Counted from the first letter of the stretch, positions 18,948-28,117 are shown. The stretch: 64,000 bases of DNA from Gemmatimonadales bacterium (GCA_041390145.1 JAWKQM010000003.1:24148-88147), one strand, 5' to 3'. Notes: a model not told the origin generated them from the sequence alone. Numbers and translations are program-made.

Positions 18948-21584
18948 TCACTGCACGAGGAGATTCCTGGCGGGATCGAGCCGGGCGGCGCGCCACGCAG
19001 GGATGATGGCAGCCGCGAGCGCCACGGCGAGGAGGGTGAGCATCCCGATCGCGAAGGACCACGGATCGGCGGGCCCGACCTCGACAAGCATCGCCGCCAG
19101 CACCCGAGTAAGGAGGAACGCACCGACGAGTCCGACAAGTGCGCCCGGCAGGACAATCGTGGCGGCCCAGCGGACGACGAGTCCGATCAATTGCCCGGGC
19201 GTTGCCCCCAGCGCCGTGCGGACGGCCAACTCCCGCGTGCGCTGCACGACCGCGTGGGCGAGGACGCCATAGACGCCGATGGCGGCGAGCAGGAGTGCCA
19301 CGCCGGCAAAACCAGTCAGGAGCGACAGGGTGAGCAGCCGGGGTGCGAGCTGACTCCGGAGGCGTTGGTCGAGCGTGCCGATATCGGCAGGGATCTGCGG
19401 GTCGATGCCCAGCAGGCGTGAGCGCACCGCCGCCATGAGCAGCGCGGCGGGCATGTCGGAGCGGACGACGAGGGTCATGCCCCGCGACCAGAAGGGAAGC
19501 TGACGGACGGAGGTGTACATCTCTGGCTCTGGTTCCGCTTCGAGTCCCCACTGCCGCACGTTGTCCACGACCCCCACCACCGTGATCCACGGGGCCGGCG
19601 ATCCGTCGGGGCTGAATTCCATGCTGGTGGCTCGCACCCGCTTGCCGATCGGGTCCTGGTCGGGCCAGTACCGGTCCACCATGGCGCGATTGACGACTCC
19701 CACGCGTTGCGCGCCGGACGCATCGGCCTGTGTCAGCACCCGGCCCCGGAGCAGTGGGATCTCCATCGCCGAGAAATAGTCGTCGGTCACCACGCGGTAC
19801 CCTGCGCCGGCACCCGGGCGCTCGAGGCCTTCGACCTCGACAAACGAGGTGCCTGCAAATCCGAGGGGAATCCAATTCCCCGCGCCGGCTGCGGTCACGC
19901 CAGGGAGCGTTCGCATCGCGGTGAGCGCGGCATCCCAGTAGGCCAGCCGCTGGGCCGGATCGGAGTCATAGCGCGGACCCGTCAGGGTGATCTCGGCGGT
20001 CACCACACCACGGTCGAAGCCGAGATTGCGGTCAAGGAGGGTCTGGAAGGAGCGAATGAGCAGGCCGGCGCCAATGAGCAGCAGCAACGCCACAGCGACC
20101 TCGCCGCCGACGAGGACGGCGCCGGCGACCCCCCGATTCCCGCGAGTGGAACTGCGTCCACCGCTGGCCAGCAGTTGGCGCAGGGAGACGCGGGAACCCA
20201 CGAAGGCGGGGACGATGCCGGCGGCGACACCGGCCACCAACGACAGCCCGACGGCGAAGAGCATCACGCCGACATCGAGATGCACGTGGTTGGAGCGGGG
20301 GATTTCCGCGCCCCAGGCGGCGAGGACGGCGCGCAGGCCCGCCGCGGCCAGCCCCATGCCCAGGGCCCCACCGGCCAGCGCCAGCAGCAGGTGCTCCACC
20401 AGCAGCTGTTGCACCAGCCGACCGCGTCCCGCTCCAATCGAGGCGCGGATCGCCATCTCGACGCTTCGCGAAGCGCCGCGGCCCAGGGTGGCGGTCGCCA
20501 CGTTGGCGCACACAATGAGCAGCAAGAGCACCACCGCCCCCATCAGCAGGCGGAGGTAGGTTGCGGCGTCGCCCACGAGCGCGTCCTGCAGCGGGGTGAC
20601 CCCGACCCCGTACGAGTAGAGCGCCTGCGGGTCGTCCGCCCGGATACCCTGCGCCACCCGGGAGAGGTCCGTCTCCGCCTCCTGGGGGGAGACTCCGGGC
20701 CGCAGGCGGGCAATGGCGAGGAAGTTGATGTTGGTCCGGGCGCCTTCACTGCGTACCGTGCGAGGGAGCCAGACATCTGTCCCCTCGGGATAGACGTCGG
20801 CGGAGGCAACGACGCCGATGACGGTGTAGGGACGGGAGTCCACCCGGAGTGTCATCCCGAGGGTCGTTGCGGCACTCAGCTGTTCACGCCAGAGGGCCTC
20901 GCTCACCACCGCGACCGCGGCATGGGCCTCGACCTCGTCCGGGCTGAACCCACGGCCCGCCACGAAGCGTCCCCCGAGAACACGAAAGAAATCCGCGGTC
21001 ACCCGCTGCCCCGATACCTTGCGCGAGCCGGACTCGTCACTCAGCGCCATCCGGGAGCCGTACGTGTACAGCGCGGTTGATTCGAGGGTCCGCGACTCGC
21101 GTTGCCAGTCGAGCCAGTCGGCGGCGGACACGGTTGTGACCTGCTGATGCAGTGAATCCTGGCCGGTCAGTGCGACCAGCTGCTCCGCGGCGGGGAAGGG
21201 AAGCGGCCGGAGCAGGATGCGCTCCACCAGCGTGAACATCATCGTGGCGACGCCGATGCCCAGCGCGAGGGTCAGCATGGCCAGCACGGCAAATCCGCGC
21301 GCCCGTCGCAGCTGATGGAACGCGCCGCGCGCATCGGACCAGAGGGCACCGAGACGATCGCGCGAATGGAGCCGGGCGTGACGGTCCCGTGCCGCACGGT
21401 GGAGCTGGCGGCGCGCCGTGTCGAAATCCCCAAAACGGGACCGGGCCTCCCGGGCGGCGGCCTCGGCTGACATTCCGCTTCGCACGAGGTCGTCGATCCG
21501 GAGTTGGAGGTGCGCCTCGAGTTCCTGGTCCATCTCCTCGTCGGCGCGAGGACGCAGCCGGAAGAACCGCCGGTAGGTGCTCAT
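18948..21584 (-). CDS. ADOP-family duplicated FtsX/MacB-like permease (second copy).
   Basis: 878 aa. N-terminal 'ELEAHLQLRIDDLVRSGMSAEAAAREARSRFGDFD'. Same two-half architecture as 5950..8661. Lies directly downstream of a PadR gene. Confidence 0.85.
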   Translation of the reverse strand: MSTYRRFFRLRPRADEEMDQELEAHLQLRIDDLVRSGMSAEAAAREARSRFGDFDTARRQLHRAARDRHARLHSRDRLGALWSDARGAFHQLRRARGFAVLAMLTLALGIGVATMMFTLVERILLRPLPFPAAEQLVALTGQDSLHQQVTTVSAADWLDWQRESRTLESTALYTYGSRMALSDESGSRKVSGQRVTADFFRVLGGRFVAGRGFSPDEVEAHAAVAVVSEALWREQLSAATTLGMTLRVDSRPYTVIGVVASADVYPEGTDVWLPRTVRSEGARTNINFLAIARLRPGVSPQEAETDLSRVAQGIRADDPQALYSYGVGVTPLQDALVGDAATYLRLLMGAVVLLLLIVCANVATATLGRGASRSVEMAIRASIGAGRGRLVQQLLVEHLLLALAGGALGMGLAAAGLRAVLAAWGAEIPRSNHVHLDVGVMLFAVGLSLVAGVAAGIVPAFVGSRVSLRQLLASGGRSSTRGNRGVAGAVLVGGEVAVALLLLIGAGLLIRSFQTLLDRNLGFDRGVVTAEITLTGPRYDSDPAQRLAYWDAALTAMRTLPGVTAAGAGNWIPLGFAGTSFVEVEGLERPGAGAGYRVVTDDYFSAMEIPLLRGRVLTQADASGAQRVGVVNRAMVDRYWPDQDPIGKRVRATSMEFSPDGSPAPWITVVGVVDNVRQWGLEAEPEPEMYTSVRQLPFWSRGMTLVVRSDMPAALLMAAVRSRLLGIDPQIPADIGTLDQRLRSQLAPRLLTLSLLTGFAGVALLLAAIGVYGVLAHAVVQRTRELAVRTALGATPGQLIGLVVRWAATIVLPGALVGLVGAFLLTRVLAAMLVEVGPADPWSFAIGMLTLLAVALAAAIIPAWRAARLDPARNLLVQ

Positions 21585-21593
21585 GGGACGACC

Positions 21594-21947
21594 TCAGGCC
21601 GTGCGGGTCGCAAGCGTCAGGATCGCGGTCACGGATCGGGTGTAGCGAAGCCAGGTGGCGGTCTCGGCGCGGAGGTGATCCCGGCCTGGTCGAGATATGG
21701 TGTAGTACCGGGCGCGGCGGTTGTTCTCCGTCAGCCCCCACTCGGCCGTTACCCAGCCGCGGCCTTCCATCCGCTGCAGTGCCTGGTAGAGTGCGCTGTC
21801 GTCGACGGAGATTTCCTTCCGCGACTGCTGCTCCAGCCACGAGGCGATCCCGTAGCCGTGCATTGGTCCGAAGGAGAGCGCCTTCAGGATCAGGAAATCG
21901 AGGGTGCCCTTCAGCAAGGGCAGGGCGGGTGTGTCAGTCGTGGCCAC
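21594..21947 (-). CDS. PadR-family transcriptional regulator (second copy).
   Basis: 'LLKGTLDFLILKALSFGPMHGYGIASWL...SALYQALQRMEGRGWVTAEWGLTENNRRARYYTIS'. GTG start at 21947. Confidence 0.9.
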   Translation of the reverse strand: MATTDTPALPLLKGTLDFLILKALSFGPMHGYGIASWLEQQSRKEISVDDSALYQALQRMEGRGWVTAEWGLTENNRRARYYTISRPGRDHLRAETATWLRYTRSVTAILTLATRTA

Positions 21948-21951
21948 TCTT

Positions 21952-21978
21952 CTCTCCCCGTGTGTGCTAAGGGGAGAG
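21952..21978 (-). promoter_or_regulatory. Perfect 8-bp inverted repeat CTCTCCCC-N11-GGGGAGAG; in gene orientation the 3' arm is the SD of the second PadR gene.
   Basis: Read directly. In minus-strand orientation: CTCTCCCC ttagcacacac GGGGAGAG aaga GTG. Confidence 0.4.
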
Positions 21979-22131
21979 TCTACCGGGGAAGGCGCGGCGC
22001 GTCAAGGCCGGTGCGGGGCAGGTCGGGATGTCCGCTGTGGCGTTGTTCCGTGTGCACCTGAGCCACGGCGAGTCGTCCTCGTCATCGTGCCGCTACTGCC
22101 CACCTCTCCACTTGATCACGGGAGCCACTGC

Positions 22132-22641
22132 ATGCGCCGTCCCTCGACACCGACCCTCCTGGTCCTCCTGGCCCTGGCGTGCGCCCCGCCGCTGATCGCC
22201 CAGTCGCCCGGTGCCTCGGCATATTTGGAGGCGTCAGACTCGTCCCGTACCGTCGGACAGGAGTACCTCCAGGCCTACATCGCGCTGGACTGGGATCGGA
22301 TCGAATCGATGCTCGGCGACGCCGCCAGCTTCCAGGATCCCACAGCCGAATTGATCTTCGGCGGAAAGCTCGTGTCCGGCCGCGACAACATGATGGCGAA
22401 GTTTCGCACGGGATACGCGGGAATCCAGATGTCGTTTGTCGAGACGCGGGCCGTCTACTCGGGGCACTACGCGATCATCGAGGGGCTGCTGACCTGGTCG
22501 GCGCCGCTCGGGGACGGACGGCGGGTTACCGCCAAGGACTCTCCGTTTGTGCTGATCCTGCGCATCGAGGGCGGCTTGGTGGTGGAGCATCGGGACTACG
22601 CCGACTACCATCCCTTCATCACGGCGATGCGCGCGATGTGA
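22132..22641 (+). CDS. Secreted SnoaL/NTF2-like fold protein.
   Basis: Trimmed to the ATG at 22132. Signal 'LLVLLALACAPPLIAQ'. 'YLQAYIALDWDRIESML...LILRIEGGLVVEHRDYADY' is typical of SnoaL-like proteins. Confidence 0.65.
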   Translation: MRRPSTPTLLVLLALACAPPLIAQSPGASAYLEASDSSRTVGQEYLQAYIALDWDRIESMLGDAASFQDPTAELIFGGKLVSGRDNMMAKFRTGYAGIQMSFVETRAVYSGHYAIIEGLLTWSAPLGDGRRVTAKDSPFVLILRIEGGLVVEHRDYADYHPFITAMRAM

Positions 22642-22671
22642 CCCTCCCGGCCCTCACCATGCCACATGCCC

Positions 22672-23190
22672 CTAGTGCGCCATCATCCCAGTTGAGTCGT
22701 GCGCCATGGCGTGGTGCGCGTGGCGCTGGTAGGCCAGGAACTCGTGTACCGCCGCCACGGCGGTCGAATCGCTGGTCCGGATCATCACCTCGCCGCCGCG
22801 GGGCAGGGTATCCATCGTATAGGTGATCTCGTTGCGCTGCGCGGCCATGACGGCGGTGCCCGGCACCGTCTCGCCGTGCACGAACCCGGGAAGGTCGAAA
22901 TCCCCTTCCGCAAACGCGGCGGCAATCGACGCGAGATGCGCGCGGATCGTTCCCGTACCGGCGGTGTCGGGCGCGTTCCGCTGGAGCACGATGCGGCCCC
23001 CGTCCGGCAGCGGCTCGAAGATATGTGACGAGGAATACTGGTCAACGCCCATCGCCATCTTGCCGCGCTCCTGCATGGCGGCGAAACTGGTGTCCGCGGC
23101 TGCCGTCGGTTGGGCGACCGGTGTCGAGTGGGCGCATGCCGCGAGTGCTGCGGCCGCGAGTGTCACCGTGGTCGAGCGGATGGTCCGCAC
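22672..23190 (-). CDS. Lipoprotein with a His-rich C-terminus, function unknown.
   Basis: GTG at 23190, 1 nt after the upstream gene's stop (1 intervening base). Lipobox 'AALAAC'. C-terminal 'YQRHAHHAMAHDSTGMMAH'. Confidence 0.5.
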   Translation of the reverse strand: MRTIRSTTVTLAAAALAACAHSTPVAQPTAAADTSFAAMQERGKMAMGVDQYSSSHIFEPLPDGGRIVLQRNAPDTAGTGTIRAHLASIAAAFAEGDFDLPGFVHGETVPGTAVMAAQRNEITYTMDTLPRGGEVMIRTSDSTAVAAVHEFLAYQRHAHHAMAHDSTGMMAH

Positions 23191-23191
23191 C

Positions 23192-23659
23192 CTAGCCTTC
23201 TCCCAGACGAGGTGGGTCGTCACCGGGCTTGAGCGCAGGCCCCGCGCGTCGGGCGAGCAGCAGGGCCGCCGTGGCCGAGCCGCTGCCGAGCACCACAAAG
23301 ATGGTCAGGTTGGCCAGGGCGGCGGGGAGGGACCAGGCGTGCCAGGCGTTGGCCGCCAGCACCCCGTAGAGCAGCAGGCCGCCGCCGGCACCCAGCGCGG
23401 CAATCCGGGGGACGGTGAGCTTCTCGAACGAACGGCCGCGTGCCGTTAGCGCCAGGAACCCCGCAAAGGCCATCCCGATCGGGAAGGCCCACATGGCGCT
23501 CGCGACGACGACCCTGATGAGCTCAACATTGCGCTCCATCCCCGTGACCAGCCAGGCGACACCCGCAATGACCGACGCGATCACGCCGACGCCCACGGAG
23601 AAGATCAGTCCGGTCCCGACCATCCCGCGAAGAACTCTCAACCAGCGTGGCATGTCCAA
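23192..23659 (-). CDS. Four-TM membrane protein, function unknown.
   Basis: 155 aa with hydrophobic spans ('GLIFSVGVGVIASVIAGVAWLV'). High GC3. Confidence 0.55.
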   Translation of the reverse strand: MDMPRWLRVLRGMVGTGLIFSVGVGVIASVIAGVAWLVTGMERNVELIRVVVASAMWAFPIGMAFAGFLALTARGRSFEKLTVPRIAALGAGGGLLLYGVLAANAWHAWSLPAALANLTIFVVLGSGSATAALLLARRAGPALKPGDDPPRLGEG

Positions 23660-23740
23660 CCTCCTTCGGTGATGCCAGCGTGCCCCGGATCGTATACCAG
23701 CCGGAGAATGCGCGGCAACGAAGGCCGCGGGTGTTGCCGG

Positions 23741-24925
23741 CTAGATCGTGTAATCGGGCAACGTGATATCGTCGCGCATGTCGCGGCCGACCAGCAGGTC
23801 GGCGACGACCGGCAGGCGCAGGAGGCGACTCACCTTGTCCCGGAAGAAGACGCCGAGGGCGGTCTTCGGCGCAAAGGCGGACGCGAACGCTGCCGCGGAT
23901 TCCTGCTTGCGCTTCAGAAAGGGCCGCATCCGCTCCTCGTACCTCGCGAAGGCCGTGCGATGATCATCGTGGGCCCGGGCGAGTTCGCCAGCCAGCACGT
24001 AGGCCTCGGCCATGGCGAGCCCCGTGCCCTCCCCGGCCAGCAGCGACACGCATGCAGCGGCGTCGCCGACCAGTGCCGTGCGACCCTGGGTCCAGAACGG
24101 CATCCGAATCTGGCTCACGCGGTCGAAATAGACATCACGGACCTCCCGCATGGCCTCGAGCACCTGTGGGCATTCCCATCCGACATCGGCAAAGACGTCA
24201 GCGAGGACGGCCTTGCGGTCGTGCGCGCCCACCGCCCCCCCGCCCGGCAGGTACTCGTCGCGGAAGACGAAGAGAAACAGGGTCTTGTCGTCGCGCATTG
24301 AGAACCGGGAGATCTGCCTCCCGGGGGCCCCGTGGCTGACATAGACGAGTTCGTCCCGCGGGCGATACCCCTCCAGCTCGAACGCGGCGACGTGGTAGCC
24401 GAGGGAGGCCTCGCAGTGCTCCCGGGAGCCGAACGCGAGCTGGCGGACGCGTGAATGGAGGCCGTCGGCGCCGATGACCAGGTCGACGTCGCGCGGATCG
24501 GCGTGCTCGAAAGTGACGCGCGCGCCGGTTGCGCTCTCCTCGATGGTCGCGATGGAGTCGCCGAAAATCGTCTCGACCTGCTGGGCCAGCGCCTCGTGGA
24601 TCGTGGCTGCGAGATCCGATCGGCGGAGGCTCGTGAAGCGACCCGATGTCATGCGGGCAAACACCTCGGCCGGGAATCCGCCGCGCGTGCGGCCGCGTGC
24701 ATCGACGTACCGGACCTCCCGCACCTGGTACCCCAACGCGTGCAGCCGGGGCAGGAGGCCCATCCGCTCGGCGATGTCGTAGCCCACTCCCCAGAAATCG
24801 ATCACGTAGCCGCCGCGGCGGAGCCGGGGTGCCTCTTCGACGAGGAGCACCTCGTGGCCAGACCGCTGGAGCCAGTAGGCGAGCGTTGGGCCGGCAATCC
24901 CGGCACCGTTGATGACGATCTTCAT
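23741..24925 (-). CDS. FAD-dependent monooxygenase (UbiH/PheA/TetX-like).
   Basis: N-terminal dinucleotide fold 'MKIVINGAGIAGPTLAYWL'. 'GADGLHSRVR' and 'ALVGDAAACVSLLAGEG' motifs. Confidence 0.85.
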   Translation of the reverse strand: MKIVINGAGIAGPTLAYWLQRSGHEVLLVEEAPRLRRGGYVIDFWGVGYDIAERMGLLPRLHALGYQVREVRYVDARGRTRGGFPAEVFARMTSGRFTSLRRSDLAATIHEALAQQVETIFGDSIATIEESATGARVTFEHADPRDVDLVIGADGLHSRVRQLAFGSREHCEASLGYHVAAFELEGYRPRDELVYVSHGAPGRQISRFSMRDDKTLFLFVFRDEYLPGGGAVGAHDRKAVLADVFADVGWECPQVLEAMREVRDVYFDRVSQIRMPFWTQGRTALVGDAAACVSLLAGEGTGLAMAEAYVLAGELARAHDDHRTAFARYEERMRPFLKRKQESAAAFASAFAPKTALGVFFRDKVSRLLRLPVVADLLVGRDMRDDITLPDYTI

Positions 24926-24983
24926 GTTGGTGTTCCGCCCAGCCGGATCGTGCGATGCAGTTCTTGCCGTTCCTCGCCAGCGT

Positions 24984-25406
24984 TCAGGTAGCGAAGATCT
25001 GCGCGTCGTTGTGGAACGCCTTGAACTCGAGGGCGTTGCCCGAGGGATCGAGGAAGAACATGGTGGCCTGCTCGCCGACCTCGCCCTCGAACCGGATGTA
25101 GGGCTCGATCACGAAGGCGACGCCTGCCTGGCGGAGCCGGTCGCGCAGCGCCTTCCAGTCGTCCATTGTCAGCACGACACCGAAGTGCGGGACCGGCACG
25201 TCGTGCCCGTCCACCGCGTTGTGGTGCGGGGCCTCCGTGGGGGCCGGCTTGCGGTGTGCCACCAATTGGTGACCGAAGAAGTCAAAGTCCACCCAGTGGT
25301 CGGAACTCCGTCCCTCGGCACAGCCCAGCAGCCCGCCGTAAAAGCGGCGGGCCTCGTCGATGTCCCGGACCGGGAAGGCCAGGTGGAAGGGGCGCACAGC
25401 CGTCAT
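24984..25406 (-). CDS. VOC/glyoxalase-family protein.
   Basis: Trimmed to the ATG at 25406. '[23 protein letters not shown]...HFGVVL...[13 protein letters not shown]'. Confidence 0.8.
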   Translation of the reverse strand: MTAVRPFHLAFPVRDIDEARRFYGGLLGCAEGRSSDHWVDFDFFGHQLVAHRKPAPTEAPHHNAVDGHDVPVPHFGVVLTMDDWKALRDRLRQAGVAFVIEPYIRFEGEVGEQATMFFLDPSGNALEFKAFHNDAQIFAT

Positions 25407-25906
25407 GGCTTGAGGGCCTCCCACTCCTGCGGGGTCGCCGCCGCGAACTGGTGCTCCATCACGACGACCCAGCGGCCGTTCGCGCGGATGAGGAGCGACT
25501 CCATTGGGATGTGGTAGGAGGTGGCCTTCCCGGCGCTGTCCACCACGGTGTACTTGAACATGCCGGTCTCGAAGGCGGTCTCGGCGTTGTCCAGCCGCTT
25601 CGTGAACCGGAACTCGACCGTGGCAGTTTCGCCCCGTGCCTTGGCCGTTTCCATGTCCTTGCCCCACTGGGGGAGCTGAGTCCGGGCCGGCACGGTCCTT
25701 CCCGGCGTCACCACCACGGCATCGGGATGGTAGGTGGCGGCCATCGCGTCGATGTCCTGGTCGACCACCGACGCCGAAATGGCTGACCAGACCTGCTGGT
25801 CGATGGCGGCGGTGGAGCCGGCGCCGCCCGCCGGAGTGCTCGACTGGGCCACGGCGGCGGCAGGCAGGGTGAGGGCGATCGCGGCGAGGGCAGTGAGGAG
25901 CTTCAT
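25403..25906 (-). CDS. Secreted SnoaL-like/DUF4440-like protein.
   Basis: Trimmed to the ATG at 25906. Signal '[21 protein letters not shown]'. 4-nt ATGA overlap with the VOC gene. Confidence 0.6.
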   Translation of the reverse strand: MKLLTALAAIALTLPAAAVAQSSTPAGGAGSTAAIDQQVWSAISASVVDQDIDAMAATYHPDAVVVTPGRTVPARTQLPQWGKDMETAKARGETATVEFRFTKRLDNAETAFETGMFKYTVVDSAGKATSYHIPMESLLIRANGRWVVVMEHQFAAATPQEWEALKP

Positions 25907-25999
25907 CGGCGTACCCCGGGGGTGGACGGTGGCGCATGGCTGGGCACAGGGATATCGGAGCCTACGCCCGCCGCGAGGTAATCGTTTCACGGGCATGAC

Positions 26000-26542
26000 T
26001 CAGACCTGAAGCAGTCCGCGGAAGCCCCTGCCCGCGTAGTACGACTCCGCGCCGTTGTGGTAGGTGAACACCGTGTCGTAGCGACGATCGCAAAAGAGCG
26101 CGCCGCCCAGCGCCCGGATCCCCGGCGGCGTGAGGATCCAGCTTGAGGTCTTCCGGTCAAACTCTCCCAACTCCTGCAACCCCCGATACTGCTGCTCCGT
26201 GAGCACCGTAATGCCCATCGAGGATGCCATCTCCATCGCGCTGCCGCCCGGCTTGTTCGCCTTGCGGGCGTCGAGCGCCTTGCGGTCGTAGCAGAGGCTG
26301 CGCCGGCCGGCCGGGCTTTCCGGGGAACAGTCCACGAAGAGAAACCCGTCGGAATCCACCGCACGACCGATCACGTCGGGTTCGCCCCCGGTGCGTTCCA
26401 TCTCCCGCAGGACCTTCAGGCTCTTGGGAGCGGCCAGCAGTCGCGCCTGCACCGAGCTCCAGTCGATCCCTGCGTGGCGGGGCATGTTCGCGCCGAAGCG
26501 GGCCATGAGGGTCTTGAGAAGGAGGTCCGGTGCTGCTGCCAT
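26000..26542 (-). CDS. DUF4256-family protein.
   Basis: 'LLKTLMARFGANMPRHAGIDWSSVQARL...MERTGGEPDVIG...FVDCSPESPAGRRSLCYD' matches DUF4256 as I recall it. The start could instead be 26557. Confidence 0.65.
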   Translation of the reverse strand: MAAAPDLLLKTLMARFGANMPRHAGIDWSSVQARLLAAPKSLKVLREMERTGGEPDVIGRAVDSDGFLFVDCSPESPAGRRSLCYDRKALDARKANKPGGSAMEMASSMGITVLTEQQYRGLQELGEFDRKTSSWILTPPGIRALGGALFCDRRYDTVFTYHNGAESYYAGRGFRGLLQV

Positions 26543-26597
26543 GTCACAGGCTCCCATGTTGGAGGTGAGCCGTTCGCGTGGCTCCTGAGCCCGCTCG

Positions 26598-27020
26598 CTA
26601 TGCGGCGCCGTCGGCGGGCAGGGCGATCGTCAGCAGTTCGTGGGCCGCGCTGGTGGCTTCGGTGCGAATCGTGAGCACGCGGAGAACTCCGTCAAGCCGG
26701 ACGTGCAATTCTCCTTCCTGGACTGGCACACGGCCGGTGTCCAGTACCGCCATGACCTTGAACCGGTTGATGAGGGTGCTGAACACCTTGATCGGGAGCT
26801 GCATGACCGGTTGCCATTGGCCATCGATGTCGTAGTCGATGCCCCCATGCTCGGCATCGACCGGTACGGCCCGTATGCCACGTGCACCGCTCTTGAAGGC
26901 GTCCGTCAGCATGAGGTTGCACAAGTTGACAATCGGTGGGGCGGACACGTGGCCAACCGCCAGATCGTATTCCTGTCGGAACAGCTTCGCCACCGCGTCT
27001 CGGTCCCTGGTCATACTCAC
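26598..27020 (-). CDS. Stand-alone homologue of the N2 (pre-ATPase) domain of GspE/PilB-type secretion ATPases; no Walker motifs.
   Basis: 'APPIVNLCNLMLTDAFKSGARGIRAVP...IDYDIDGQWQPVMQLPIKVFSTLINRFKVMAVLD...GELHVRLDG...LTIRTEATSAAHELLTIAL' aligns by eye with 'APVVRLVN.IL.DAIK.GASDIH.EP...R.RIDG.L.....P......L..R.K.MA.LDI...R.PQDGRI......R.ST.PT..GEK.VLRIL'. The start could be GTG at 27020 or ATG at 27014. Confidence 0.6.
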   Translation of the reverse strand: MSMTRDRDAVAKLFRQEYDLAVGHVSAPPIVNLCNLMLTDAFKSGARGIRAVPVDAEHGGIDYDIDGQWQPVMQLPIKVFSTLINRFKVMAVLDTGRVPVQEGELHVRLDGVLRVLTIRTEATSAAHELLTIALPADGAA

Positions 27021-27070
27021 CCCCGTTTGCGCACCGCAACGCGCTGTCCGGCGGTTGCCGAAGGTGGGCC

Positions 27071-27505
27071 TCAGCCCGCCGTTTCGATGAGGGGCAACAG
27101 TCGCGAGTCCTCGATTGCCGCGAGCCGATGGCCCAGACCGCCAAGGTATGCCTCATTCGAGGCAAACGACAGGAAACTCTCCTGGCTTCGATGGCGCACC
27201 AGCACCGCCAGGTCCCAGCGTTCGTCTGGCGGACCAATTAGATAGTCGCCGCCCGACCCGACAAACAGAATGTCGCCACCGGCCTCGGTGAGGAAGGGCA
27301 ACGTGTGTGCGACGTACCGATCGTAGGCTTCGGCCCCGGAGACTGGGGCCGTCGGAGCCAGCGACGGGGTGGCCGAATAGTCCGCGACCGCCCGGAAGCG
27401 CAACAGGTTCAGCATGACGACAGGGCCGACCAGTCCACGCGAGAAGTAGCGCCGGCCGGCGTCCTGTGTCGGCTCAAGATATGGTTTACCTGGTTGCTCG
27501 GTCAT
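27071..27505 (-). CDS. DUF1330-family protein.
   Basis: 'VVMLNLLRFR...AYDRYVAHTLPFLTEAGGDILFVG...WDLAVLVRHRSQESFLSFASNEAY'. Confidence 0.7.
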   Translation of the reverse strand: MTEQPGKPYLEPTQDAGRRYFSRGLVGPVVMLNLLRFRAVADYSATPSLAPTAPVSGAEAYDRYVAHTLPFLTEAGGDILFVGSGGDYLIGPPDERWDLAVLVRHRSQESFLSFASNEAYLGGLGHRLAAIEDSRLLPLIETAG

Positions 27506-27559
27506 GTCGGGGCTTTTGTGTTGAAGTGAGAGTGTGGGCGCCGCCTGCGGGCGCGGGCG

Positions 27560-27949
27560 TCATTCGGCCGAAGCAAGCTCGTACTCGAACAGGTACGAGT
27601 GTCTCCCGCCTTCAACGATGATCTGCATCGATCCCGACAGTCCCGACAGTTCCTCCGTGCCGGAATCAGGGACGACGGTCAGATGGAGGCTCGGCTCCCC
27701 CCGGTTCATCGTGCCGCTGTGCTGCAGCACGAAACTGCCCTGCCGACCCTGGAGCGTGCCGGTGACCTGCTCCATGGCCACATAGCCGGCGGAGCCCTTC
27801 ACCGACGTGTTGAACGCCAGCATGTGCCCCTTGCTGGTGGCCTCCAGGTCGCCGTGAAAGGCCTTGTCGATGGCCAGGCTGCCAAGGCTCGCCGCCCAGT
27901 CGAGCAGCTGGGGAGTGAGCTTCACGTCAAAGGGGCCGCTGGCAGTCAT
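27560..27949 (-). CDS. DUF3224-family protein.
   Basis: 'FDVKLTPQ...IDKAFHGDLEATSKGHML...GYVAMEQVTGTLQGRQGSFVLQHSGTM'. Confidence 0.7.
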   Translation of the reverse strand: MTASGPFDVKLTPQLLDWAASLGSLAIDKAFHGDLEATSKGHMLAFNTSVKGSAGYVAMEQVTGTLQGRQGSFVLQHSGTMNRGEPSLHLTVVPDSGTEELSGLSGSMQIIVEGGRHSYLFEYELASAE

Positions 27950-28117
27950 TGTTCACCGAAAGGCAGGGGGGAGTGGCACCGAGGCGCAACAGTAATCGTC
28001 ATCCGAATATAGGCAGCGAACGGGGAACTCGCTGGCGAGCAAGGTCTCCCGTCGGTATGTTGCACCATCGAGTCGTGTGAGTACCCCCCGCCTTTCCGCC
28101 GACGCTTGGAGTCGTAT

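Noticed and set aside
27974-27989. Sigma-54-like TGGCAC-N5-CGCA upstream of the response regulator.
   Set aside because: The GG to GC spacing is 9 nt rather than the canonical 10, the -12 element is poor, and no enhancer-binding-protein gene is nearby.
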